This document shows positions 38,289-47,284 of a DNA stretch of 64,000 nucleotides, in pieces. A program made the translations under genes and the position numbers. The notes beneath the pieces are model-generated. The model saw only the letters and a list, made by a program, of their open reading frames with translations, was not told the DNA's origin and searched no databases. Source of the stretch: a virus; IMG/VR virus record IMGVR_UViG_3300034683_000192, positions 135,881 through 199,880 of that record; one strand, 5' to 3'. Position 1 is the stretch's first letter, and every line of letters begins with the position of its first letter.

Positions 38289-39203
38289 ATGCAATATACT
38301 CTCGCTACGACATACCCCGATTACGATGAGATACCTGAAGGAGATTGCGTTTCCTTTATGGATCTCGAGAAACAGGCAGAGAGAGATCTTGTTTATCTCG
38401 AGAAGTATCTGCAATCGATGTACGGTAAGGAGTTTTACAGTCCCAATGGATTGACGAGGCTTCTTGCTGGGGTACTCAACACATTCGGGCATATCGCGAA
38501 CACATTCAAAACCAATCTCTTCAGATCCTATCGGGTACTCAAGAGAACAGAACTCATCTATTACGGTGAGGCGAATGTCGCGACGCTTCCACGGATACTG
38601 AATACCCAGTACGAACTAGTCAGAAATCTCGAGATCCCTGTACCAGACAAGATGTCTGTCCCTTACTTCGATGCGGCGGATCAGGGGTATGGACTTCTGA
38701 CACTGCTCGACATGAAGAATACGACAAACATGTTTGTCAAGGATCTCGAGGAAGTTCTTGAAAAAGTGATGGGTGCAACTACACCTACACTAGTTCTTCG
38801 AGTACCCGATAGGCTCCCTGCGATAGTGAAGAGCTTCAAAAAGTTCGACTCGTATTTTAAGGGACCCAAGAAACAAACATATCCATTCACCAAGATGTTC
38901 CGGACAATGGATGAATTCCGTAGCGTACACCGAACTCTTGTAGGTGCTGCCGAATTTCACTATTCCGTAGAACGAATTGTTTCGAATATGGATAAATGTA
39001 CGAATCTTCTGAAAACCATTCTGTCGTTCATGGAGAAAGATGGAGCGGAACTTCCGAAAGAAACAATCGTACGTCTATCCGAAATGGCAATGTACTACGC
39101 GAAGGTTTTCGATATGTTCGGAGTAGCCATCCAAGATATGGCGAGAATCGAACATAACTTCGTTGAAGTACTGAAAAGCATCAGAAAAGAGCTCAATTTG
39201 TAG
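38289..39203 (+). CDS. Probable internal head protein with cleavable propeptide
   Basis: 304 aa helical; acidic N-terminal ~48 aa ending at GKE/F. Confidence 0.5.
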   Translation: MQYTLATTYPDYDEIPEGDCVSFMDLEKQAERDLVYLEKYLQSMYGKEFYSPNGLTRLLAGVLNTFGHIANTFKTNLFRSYRVLKRTELIYYGEANVATLPRILNTQYELVRNLEIPVPDKMSVPYFDAADQGYGLLTLLDMKNTTNMFVKDLEEVLEKVMGATTPTLVLRVPDRLPAIVKSFKKFDSYFKGPKKQTYPFTKMFRTMDEFRSVHRTLVGAAEFHYSVERIVSNMDKCTNLLKTILSFMEKDGAELPKETIVRLSEMAMYYAKVFDMFGVAIQDMARIEHNFVEVLKSIRKELNL

Positions 39204-39214
39204 ACATGAACATA

Positions 39215-39247
39215 CCGATGAGGAGAGCCCTAGGGCTCTCCTCTCGG
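39215..39247. terminator. Bidirectional terminator
   Basis: ccga(t)gaggagagccc ta gggctctcctctcgg between convergent genes. Confidence 0.7.
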
Positions 39248-39260
39248 ATATGCTTTTCTA

Positions 39261-39617
39261 TTAGATCTTCTTGTACTTTTCTCGAACTTCGAGCATCTTC
39301 TCCGAGATGGTCCGAAGCTTCGTATCTTTGCCTTGGTAGTACTCGACCAAAGCTTCAAGTTGTGCCTCGATAGGAGCTATTCGGAGATATTCCGCTTTTC
39401 TCTGACGCCGAACTTCTTCGTTATAAAGTTCAGTGTAATTGTCGGCAGGGATTTCCCACTCACCTGCTTCGGTAGCCACCATTACGGTATCTCCGTTATT
39501 CGGAGGAAGTCCGGACATCTTCACGTATCCTGAAGGAATGTCGGATTCAAACATCACTCGTCCCCAGGTACAGGTGCCTGGTTTTGCCACGACTATCATT
39601 TCAAAATTTTCAGTCAT
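39261..39617 (-). CDS. Tail fibre assembly protein (Tfa-like)
   Basis: 118 aa directly after a fibre gene; RRQRKAEY...EAQLEAL...VREKY pattern. Confidence 0.65.
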   Translation of the reverse strand: MTENFEMIVVAKPGTCTWGRVMFESDIPSGYVKMSGLPPNNGDTVMVATEAGEWEIPADNYTELYNEEVRRQRKAEYLRIAPIEAQLEALVEYYQGKDTKLRTISEKMLEVREKYKKI

Positions 39618-39620
39618 TGT

Positions 39621-41894
39621 TTACTCCCACACGTAGCGATGGAGGATTTCGTTTCCTTCAGGAATCTGCAGGTACTTCGCCTTTACATACTTGTACTCTA
39701 CAGTGTTTTCATCTATGAGCTGTTTCGGAACACGGAATGTAGTAGAATCATCTCCGTGTGAATAGTTGTCAGTGTATCCATTGGTAGTATTCTCATCCTG
39801 CCAAGTAAGATCACTGACAATCTTTCCTGACTCTACTGCGTAATTGTAAAGCTCAGGATAACTCGTCCGGAGAAGTTCAGATCCATCGTACCTGATCCAC
39901 CCAGGAACTGTATCCATGGTGTATCTGGTAACTACCATTCCGACAGGTGTTGCATCTATGACAAGTGCAGGCGACTGGGTCGTCTGTACAAGTTCAAATA
40001 CGGTGATCTCTACTTCGATGGGATTTCCATCGATAGAGAAGAATACCAGACTCTCGAGTATGGTAGATTCCGGAATCGGATATTCAGGGCAAGAAGAAAT
40101 CACGGATGGATATGCAGAGTCGACGACTTCTTCGTAATTCTCATCAAGGATTCTTCCATGAAGAGTACCCGACAGCGAGAATGTGGATGAGTCGAATGTG
40201 AATTGTCCATTACCACTATTCATTCCCATTGATGAGAGCATGAATTTATAGTGGTTATCTTTGGACTTGTCCCAGCCCATAAGTTGGATGGACTGTCCAG
40301 AAATATCCAAAGTTTTGGCTGTGAGAGTATTGTTTCTTATGGCAAGATCAGACGTCTTCGTGTTGATCGCCATTCCAAGATTCTTCAGATCTTTACCCAT
40401 TTCAAAATTCACCATGATCTGGTAAATTCTGTCAGGATAGACGATTATCGACTGATCCTCAGATGTACCTTCAAAAAGAATTTTGGCTCTATGTACTGGA
40501 GCCACTTGGACGTTTGTATATCCGCCGCCACCAAGAAGATTGATGAGAACGGCACGATTGTTTACCGGATTCATGTAACAGTCAGATCGTACACCATCGA
40601 TGGCTTCTTGTTCTGTCGCCATCGGACCATTCACCACATCAGCAAGACCTACTTGCTGTTTGGTGACATTGTGGCTGTTGGTCTGATCATCGACATGCGT
40701 ACTTAACGCACTATTCACCAGCAAAGTTTCCTGACGTGCACTCTGGATTGCTGCATATACGTCAGTGAACTGCTGATCGAGTAAATTCAGATCGGATATA
40801 TCCGAAAGTACGTGATTGTGATTGACAGGTGCTGCACCACAATCGCCGGGTATATGAGTATGCGTTTTGTTCGCTTTATCTGCGAGTTTTGTCTCTGTAT
40901 CGAGTCGCAGTGAATTTACTGCTTTCGATGACGCGAGACTATTACTTGAGTTCAGATTGATTTCGTCTGAGACGTTAGTCGGAAGATTCAAATCGATGAT
41001 GTCTGCCGCAGAGTGAGTATGTTCTTCTTCTGCGGCATGAATCATTTCTGGAGTAACACCATGCACATTGTCCGTACGATTGTTCATGTGATTGATGAAC
41101 TGTTCGTTGGATGCAGTCAACTGCGTATCGGTATACTGTTGAGCACGGGACAACGTGGTGGTCGCTGTAGTTGTCACGAATTCTTCAGATGCGAACCCTG
41201 AACCACCCGACAACATTTTTGATGCCACGTAATCCATGTATCGTTCAAATGCAGTCTTAACGTAATGTACGTAGATACACACAATCCCACATGTTTCGTT
41301 GGGGCTCATGTTGTCTACGACAAAGTCAAGAAATGCAATCGACGGTTGATCTACATCAAATTCGAATGAGTACTGTCCAGGAAGAGTGATCTCTTTGATA
41401 AGTTCACTCTTCTCGTTCATGACTCTGATTTTTCCTGAAGGAAGCGCAGACACAATGAGATACACGAAATGTGTACCAGTAGATTTGAATGCTTCTGAGA
41501 GAACTCTCAGTCGAGCTTGTTCCAATGATACTGGTTTTCTATTGACATAAAGAAGAGTATCGAGATCGATGTAGAATTCATCCATTCCCCACTTCTGATC
41601 CACGAAGAATGGATTCAGAATAGGATCGGACAATACCGGAGAAAGATGGATTTGATCGAGTGAGTTCTGTACATTTTGCAGATCTCGTCGTACTCCGAGC
41701 ATTGCAGAATTCATCGCAGCGCTCGATACAAGTTTGTCAGGAGCATTGCATTCAGGATCTTGGGTGATACCTGACATCTCTGCACCGGACATGACAAACT
41801 TACCAGTATGTGTTTCGTTAGTCACGACCTTGGAAGTCGCAATTGCCGTAGGAGTAAGAGTCGATCCAGGGATGTTCTGATCGGTATCGCTCAT
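39621..41894 (-). CDS. Tail fibre protein with C-terminal tail-collar domain
   Basis: HTH repeats; SDEINLNSSNSLASSKAV; SHNVTKQQVGLADV; collar PVGMV...GWIRYDGSEL.RTSYPELY...GDDSTTFRVP. Confidence 0.85.
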   Translation of the reverse strand: MSDTDQNIPGSTLTPTAIATSKVVTNETHTGKFVMSGAEMSGITQDPECNAPDKLVSSAAMNSAMLGVRRDLQNVQNSLDQIHLSPVLSDPILNPFFVDQKWGMDEFYIDLDTLLYVNRKPVSLEQARLRVLSEAFKSTGTHFVYLIVSALPSGKIRVMNEKSELIKEITLPGQYSFEFDVDQPSIAFLDFVVDNMSPNETCGIVCIYVHYVKTAFERYMDYVASKMLSGGSGFASEEFVTTTATTTLSRAQQYTDTQLTASNEQFINHMNNRTDNVHGVTPEMIHAAEEEHTHSAADIIDLNLPTNVSDEINLNSSNSLASSKAVNSLRLDTETKLADKANKTHTHIPGDCGAAPVNHNHVLSDISDLNLLDQQFTDVYAAIQSARQETLLVNSALSTHVDDQTNSHNVTKQQVGLADVVNGPMATEQEAIDGVRSDCYMNPVNNRAVLINLLGGGGYTNVQVAPVHRAKILFEGTSEDQSIIVYPDRIYQIMVNFEMGKDLKNLGMAINTKTSDLAIRNNTLTAKTLDISGQSIQLMGWDKSKDNHYKFMLSSMGMNSGNGQFTFDSSTFSLSGTLHGRILDENYEEVVDSAYPSVISSCPEYPIPESTILESLVFFSIDGNPIEVEITVFELVQTTQSPALVIDATPVGMVVTRYTMDTVPGWIRYDGSELLRTSYPELYNYAVESGKIVSDLTWQDENTTNGYTDNYSHGDDSTTFRVPKQLIDENTVEYKYVKAKYLQIPEGNEILHRYVWE

Positions 41895-41942
41895 GGGAAA
41901 TATGCCTCTCGAATAAAAAATTTAGGGCATATTATCTGAAAA

Positions 41943-41972
41943 TGAGGGCTCCCCGCAATGGGAGAGCCCTCA
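41943..41972. terminator. Hairpin
   Basis: tgagggctc...gagccctca. Confidence 0.65.
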
Positions 41973-41984
41973 CTCTATTTCGAC

Positions 41985-42614
41985 TTATCCGCGTTGAAGT
42001 TCAAGGATCTTGTCGGCAAGAAGTTCTGCGAATTCGTCGGAATCGAATGCCAACTTGGTCATGTAGATCAGCTTTTTCACAGATTTGTTTACCGCGCAGC
42101 TGAACCACTTTCCTTCCTGTGAATACGGAAACGGTTTCCCTTCATCGAGCGAAATATGCTCCTCTTCCGCTATTGTCCGGTACGTCTTGATGACACAATC
42201 CGTGACACCACCGAAGAAGTCTCTCACATTACCAGGAAGGAGGGTATTCGAATGAACCGTGAACTCGAACGACTCCATGTCTTTGGAGCTCACATGTGCC
42301 ACAGGTACCGACACGTAGAAGTTCTGCGGCTTGGTGAATTCGATGCCGTAATTATTCAGACGTTTCGCGAATGCTTCAGTGAACCGGATACCGGCATTCG
42401 AGTCATCATACAGCTGATCCATTTCCGCCCCGACGAAAACGATGTCATCGTCGTGGAATACACCAGGTCCGACCGAAGGTTCCGGTGAGTCCACGAAATA
42501 GATTCCGTGATCTTCCAGAGATTCAATCAGTTTGATGAAGGGATCCACTTCCACTTCCAGTTTCTTGGGGAAAGCGAAAATGGTACACGACAGATTGATT
42601 TTGGGTTCGTTCAT
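41985..42614 (-). CDS. Hypothetical protein (tandem family member 4)
   Basis: 209 aa, GGAGG RBS. Confidence 0.8.
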   Translation of the reverse strand: MNEPKINLSCTIFAFPKKLEVEVDPFIKLIESLEDHGIYFVDSPEPSVGPGVFHDDDIVFVGAEMDQLYDDSNAGIRFTEAFAKRLNNYGIEFTKPQNFYVSVPVAHVSSKDMESFEFTVHSNTLLPGNVRDFFGGVTDCVIKTYRTIAEEEHISLDEGKPFPYSQEGKWFSCAVNKSVKKLIYMTKLAFDSDEFAELLADKILELQRG

Positions 42615-42643
42615 GAGAATCCTCCGAGATTCGTCGTTGGGTG

Positions 42644-43210
42644 CTATCGGGTGTAGTTAGCGATGACTTGGACGAGTTCATCAATCGCTTGTACGTATTC
42701 CGATTCCTTTGCGAAAAGTGTTCCAGCTACTCGAGTATCGTCGCAGACAAGAACATGATCGTCGTTTTCGACAGTACGATAAAATTTCATCAACCCGAAC
42801 GTGTAGATGATTTCCTTCGTGACACGCTGAATCAGTCCTGATGGTCTGTTCCAATCGGAACGACAAAATTCGTGCAACACACTTCCAGTCGTAATCATGC
42901 CGCAGTATTCGTCGTTACCAAGACCATACGAGTAGTCGATGCAGTGCTCGGAGAACTTCGTTGTCACCAGATGCGAGAAGCGAAAATTCTTGATTTCGTC
43001 GCATTTGGTTTCGAGAATTCCGAGACAAACAATTGGAACAGAGTCGATCATCACTGTTTGTAGGGTATCTTTGTGCGAATATTCCCCACAAATATGTGGT
43101 TGTGATGCGATCTGCTCGAATATCTTCTCGACGTCGTTCTCCGTAAATTCCTTATCGAAAGATACCGGAAACTCAAATGTCGTGAGCTTGATCGATCCGT
43201 AGTTATCCAT
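42644..43210 (-). CDS. Hypothetical protein (tandem family member 3)
   Basis: 188 aa. Confidence 0.75.
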   Translation of the reverse strand: MDNYGSIKLTTFEFPVSFDKEFTENDVEKIFEQIASQPHICGEYSHKDTLQTVMIDSVPIVCLGILETKCDEIKNFRFSHLVTTKFSEHCIDYSYGLGNDEYCGMITTGSVLHEFCRSDWNRPSGLIQRVTKEIIYTFGLMKFYRTVENDDHVLVCDDTRVAGTLFAKESEYVQAIDELVQVIANYTR

Positions 43211-43217
43211 TACCGAT

Positions 43218-43772
43218 TTAACCCCTTTCAGGTGAAACGGTGACTTTGATGATTGCTGCGAGTTCCATGATGTGTTCCCCGATATTTCTCACCGGAGCAG
43301 TGATAATTGCTTCGATGTGGAAATAGTCGAAGATGGTGATGTATGCATTCGGATGTCCGGAATCAGTAGATGCAGCCAATTCCATCGCTTTTTCTTCGAC
43401 GCTATTGTTCAGCATCCCTAGCTGCCGAAGACGATGACATTGTTGATAAAGGTACTGGAGATGGAACATGTTCCCTTGTTTACGAAAATCCGATCCTTTC
43501 ACGATCGGAAGTTCGTTCGCTATGAATATTCCTTCGAGACCACGTTGAAAATGGAACTGATGATTGACTGTTTCGCTGATCACTCCAAGAACCAGGATGG
43601 GTTCATCGTGAATGACGTATACCGGACTGCACGGAGCATGCTGTGCACTTACCGTAAGAAGTTCCGACCCCGCGATTTTGTCAAAAATCGGACCAACGTG
43701 ATCTTTGGTGAGACCTTCGACTTTCAGTGGAAACGATATCGTTGTGTTCAGATTATCGATCGTAGTAAACAT
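43218..43772 (-). CDS. Hypothetical protein (tandem family member 2)
   Basis: 184 aa, GGAGG RBS. Confidence 0.75.
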   Translation of the reverse strand: MFTTIDNLNTTISFPLKVEGLTKDHVGPIFDKIAGSELLTVSAQHAPCSPVYVIHDEPILVLGVISETVNHQFHFQRGLEGIFIANELPIVKGSDFRKQGNMFHLQYLYQQCHRLRQLGMLNNSVEEKAMELAASTDSGHPNAYITIFDYFHIEAIITAPVRNIGEHIMELAAIIKVTVSPERG

Positions 43773-43797
43773 CGTTACCTCCGGTATCGAGGGTTAT

Positions 43798-44379
43798 CTA
43801 GGAACTTGCGTTTTCCATCAGATGCTTCACGAACGGCATCACGAATTTTTTGTGTTCGTATGCCGATTTGGTTACGTAGATCGTTTCGAAGATTTCGTCA
43901 TCCCCGATCATCGTGAAGTAGTTTCCTTCCAGAGGAATATCCTTATCTACGGCATTGCGGTGAAGGTTCATTTCGAGATCGATGAACTGCATGATGTCAT
44001 CAACCTTCGTATCAGGCATCATCAGATCGAGTTTGTTTTCTCGATAGGTGTTCATCGCACGGAGATCGACTGTCAGAAATTGGCAGTATTTCGGATTTTT
44101 CGATTCGAGGATCTTGATGTTCCCGCCGCAAGCTACGGAGTTGTCAGAGATCATCTCGGCGAATTCCTTGGTGAAATAGTACCCATGTGCAGTACCGATA
44201 CCGACGATTACCACTTCTTCGTCGTGGGTGAATGACGAAATCCACACTCCGAGCTGTTCGTAGTTGCTGTTGAAGATTCCCTGATCATTGAATTGATCGA
44301 TAGCTTCCCTGATGACATCGTCATGAATGTCCACCACGAAAGGAAATTGTTCAGCAGTGATTTCTGTGGAAATTTTCAT
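43798..44379 (-). CDS. Hypothetical protein (tandem family member 1)
   Basis: 193 aa, ATGA coupling to the upstream gene. Confidence 0.75.
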   Translation of the reverse strand: MKISTEITAEQFPFVVDIHDDVIREAIDQFNDQGIFNSNYEQLGVWISSFTHDEEVVIVGIGTAHGYYFTKEFAEMISDNSVACGGNIKILESKNPKYCQFLTVDLRAMNTYRENKLDLMMPDTKVDDIMQFIDLEMNLHRNAVDKDIPLEGNYFTMIGDDEIFETIYVTKSAYEHKKFVMPFVKHLMENASS

Positions 44380-44855
44380 TTGAAGGCTCCGTTGTTGCGA
44401 AGTTTTTGAATTTCTTCAATAGACGTTGCATTTCTGATTGCAGGTGCACGCAGGAACAATTCGTGGTAACCACGTTTCTCGAGAATCTCATTATACGCTT
44501 CACATCGGTATATCTCCAATTCGTCAGATGATAGAGATTCTTCCGAGTCCGGTAAATCGATTGATATACTACTCGCGATTGCACCACGTACAATCGCATC
44601 GATTTTTTCTTTTGTGGTCGCGTGATATACATCATCCGAGTACGTCTGAATTTTGTAGGGATCTTCGAGTGTTTTAACAATCGTATTCCATGCATGAATA
44701 CGATGAAATTCCAGATCCGCATCTAGGGAATTTGTTGACTTGTGATGTTTGGACATTCCCCACACGAATAACCACACCGACACAACTAGTGCTACCGTAC
44801 AAATGACGATAGCTTCCAGTAATGGGTGCATTGACATCATTTCTAAAAATTCCAT
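44376..44855 (-). CDS. Single-pass membrane protein
   Basis: ATG at 44855 with AGGAGG RBS; N-terminal TM helix AIVICTVALVVSVWLFVWG. Confidence 0.75.
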   Translation of the reverse strand: MEFLEMMSMHPLLEAIVICTVALVVSVWLFVWGMSKHHKSTNSLDADLEFHRIHAWNTIVKTLEDPYKIQTYSDDVYHATTKEKIDAIVRGAIASSISIDLPDSEESLSSDELEIYRCEAYNEILEKRGYHELFLRAPAIRNATSIEEIQKLRNNGAFK

Positions 44856-44872
44856 CACACCTCCTTTAGAAA

Positions 44873-44902
44873 CGAGAGGGGTGGGATATCCCACCCCTCT
44901 CG
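44873..44902. terminator. Hairpin after the 729-aa gene
   Basis: Perfect palindrome cgagaggggtgggatatcccacccctctcg. Confidence 0.7.
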
Positions 44903-44929
44903 GATTGATCGTTAATGCGGTGCCGTCAG

Positions 44930-47119
44930 TTAGACGGAGGATTCACGAATGGCGATGCCCACGTTCTTCACGTAGTACCGTTCATTGGACGAACGAGAGA
45001 TCAGCGTGAGCGAATCGTTCAGGTCCACGCAGATTTCGTAGTTCTTATCCTGGTCGATCCGGAACAGCTTGGTGTTGCGCTGGTCACCGGACGGTTCGAT
45101 GGTGAGTTCTTCGTCAGTTTCGCGATCAACGATCACCATGTTGACGAGACTCACGGCTTCGACGCTGATGACCCCATTGAGATCCTGCAGCGTGGTCGAA
45201 ATCCAGTTGGACTTCTTGTCCTGGTTTTCGTACTGGGTCACTACGTTGATCGGGGCTCGGGTTTCTTCCTTGGTCGGAACTTCCGCTTCTTCCACGACGA
45301 TGTCGTCTGCTTCCAGCTCGATCGGATCGCTGTCACTTTCCGGATCGTCCGCAGGTTCCTGCATCATCGCATCCACGACTGCCGGGGCAGGGTCAGCGAA
45401 CGACTGGTCATCGACGATGTCTTGAACGAATGCGTCATCCAGCGGCAGACTGGTATCCATCTGCACAGGTTCGGACTGTTCCGAGTCCTGAATGGGGGAA
45501 GGCTCGGAAGCTTCCTGATCCTTGCAGGTGCAGTTGTCGCACGGAGTTTCGCAGTCGCAGACGGAACCTTCGTCTTCGGTGGAAATCGTCACCTGATCCG
45601 GATCAGTGTAGACGATTGAAATGGACTGATCCCCGTTGTCCACGACTTCGAGCCCGGTGGGGACATATTCGTCCTGATAGGGTTCATCGGTCGATTCCGT
45701 CGGAGTGACATCAGCAGCATGCTTCACGACCGTTTCGGTGATCGTCGAAAGCGGTACTTCGATCGTGGGCTGTTCTTCGACCGCTTCGGTTTGTGCGGTC
45801 GTAACTTCTTCCGACGCGATGACCTGCGGACGATCTTCAGTCGGAAGGGTCTGCACCTGTTCGGTGATGTTCGACAGCTCCTGCGCAGGAACTTCGGGTT
45901 CCTTTTCGGCAGGAATGGGAGCTTCTTTGGCGGGTGCGGGTTTCTTCACTTCCTTCTGCTTCTTCGGCTTGGATTCCTTATTGACCAGATGGTCAGGAAT
46001 CAGCTCTTCTGCCGGAATGTCGGCGACTTCATCTGCCGACAACTGACGATTTGTCGACTTGGCGAAACGGCAGATGTTCGTGATGGTCGTCTGACCGACT
46101 TCCCCACGTTCCTGATCCTTCTTGTAGATCATCTTCAGCAGGTCACCCGGGAGAATGGCCTTGCCGAAAATGGTCCGTGTGAATTGATTCAGGTACCTGG
46201 CGAAGAATTCGGACATGGCGGTCACGTCGTCGTTCGACAGGATCCAGCATTCGTAGAAACGCTGCACATCGATGGAGATGGGCGCATTCTTGCCGTAGTT
46301 GTTGTAGAGCAGCCTTGCCTGGCACAGGAATTCGCCGGGGCGCGCCTGGTGGAAGCCGAACTGCATCCAGACGAATTGATTCCCGTTCATGTGCAGGTCA
46401 TTGGCATCATTGGCGATCTGGGTCATGAACACGGAGAAGTTCGCGCAATCGTACACGACATCCACGTATTCGTCACCGATCCCCGATTTTTCGAGGGTAT
46501 GCTTCGAATCGTCCGCGCCGTATACGTTGGCGTACACGTCACGAGCTTCGTCGCGAGTTACGTCGTGGAATTGTTCCACGTACATCGCCTCCGTGCAGTT
46601 GAAGGTGAACAGTTTCTTGTAGAGGGCATCGAACGCATTCTTGAGCGCAGGATGCACCGCTATCAGAGAATCCAGCCACGAAGAGTCGAGACCGCGCTTG
46701 CCAGCGACATGCCCCTTAACCAGGGACAGCTTTGCGGTACCGAACTGTTGTTCTTTCTTGCAGGGTTCGGTCGACTCGATGCGGTAGACGGCGAATCTGG
46801 CCGAGCCCATGCGGTGGTAACCCACGAGCACCATGCAGCCGGGCCAGATATCCACGGAAGCGTGGAGTGAGTTGAAATTTCGGAACGGAAGAATCTTCGC
46901 GTGCGACGGATGGCCACCAGGTCCGGTTACCACGATGGCGAATCCGCTGTTGTCACGTTGACCACCCATCTCGAAGAGACCGCCACGCCCACCGGTATTG
47001 ATCTCGATTTCCTGCGGAAACTTCGGATGCTTTTCCGTCAGAAATCGAAAGGAGTGGAAGTAGCCGGAGTGCAGAGCCTCTCTCCATTTCTTGGGTGCCC
47101 CATTCTTACGATCGTACAT
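44930..47119 (-). CDS. Large early hypothetical protein with long acidic disordered linker
   Basis: 729 aa, GGGAGG RBS, strong G/C-ending codon bias, own promoter and terminator. Confidence 0.85.
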   Translation of the reverse strand: MYDRKNGAPKKWREALHSGYFHSFRFLTEKHPKFPQEIEINTGGRGGLFEMGGQRDNSGFAIVVTGPGGHPSHAKILPFRNFNSLHASVDIWPGCMVLVGYHRMGSARFAVYRIESTEPCKKEQQFGTAKLSLVKGHVAGKRGLDSSWLDSLIAVHPALKNAFDALYKKLFTFNCTEAMYVEQFHDVTRDEARDVYANVYGADDSKHTLEKSGIGDEYVDVVYDCANFSVFMTQIANDANDLHMNGNQFVWMQFGFHQARPGEFLCQARLLYNNYGKNAPISIDVQRFYECWILSNDDVTAMSEFFARYLNQFTRTIFGKAILPGDLLKMIYKKDQERGEVGQTTITNICRFAKSTNRQLSADEVADIPAEELIPDHLVNKESKPKKQKEVKKPAPAKEAPIPAEKEPEVPAQELSNITEQVQTLPTEDRPQVIASEEVTTAQTEAVEEQPTIEVPLSTITETVVKHAADVTPTESTDEPYQDEYVPTGLEVVDNGDQSISIVYTDPDQVTISTEDEGSVCDCETPCDNCTCKDQEASEPSPIQDSEQSEPVQMDTSLPLDDAFVQDIVDDQSFADPAPAVVDAMMQEPADDPESDSDPIELEADDIVVEEAEVPTKEETRAPINVVTQYENQDKKSNWISTTLQDLNGVISVEAVSLVNMVIVDRETDEELTIEPSGDQRNTKLFRIDQDKNYEICVDLNDSLTLISRSSNERYYVKNVGIAIRESSV

Positions 47120-47173
47120 TGTTCCTCCCGGGAATTTGTGTGTTGTAGATTAGAGTAACGATCGATCATGGAG

Positions 47174-47183
47174 GTAATGTATA
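47174..47183 (-). promoter_or_regulatory. Putative early promoter TATACATTAC
   Basis: About 55 nt upstream of 47119; identical 10-mer at 59802. Confidence 0.6.
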
Positions 47184-47248
47184 CCTCCAATTTTGTCGAA
47201 TAATTCTGAGCGCACTATACTAGTAAATAGTTACATCAAAAAGTACGG

Positions 47249-47280
47249 AGAAGAAGGGGCGGGAAACCGCCCCTTCTTCT
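47249..47280. terminator. Hairpin
   Basis: agaagaaggggcgg gaaa ccgccccttcttct. Confidence 0.75.
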
Positions 47281-47284
47281 TTAT

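Noticed and set aside
37428-38492. 354-aa antisense ORF over the fibre gene
   Set aside because: Fully overlaps a well-supported fibre gene; no motifs
45719-46870. Antisense ORFs over the 729-aa gene (also 44915..45619)
   Set aside because: Codon-bias shadows; no independent expression signals
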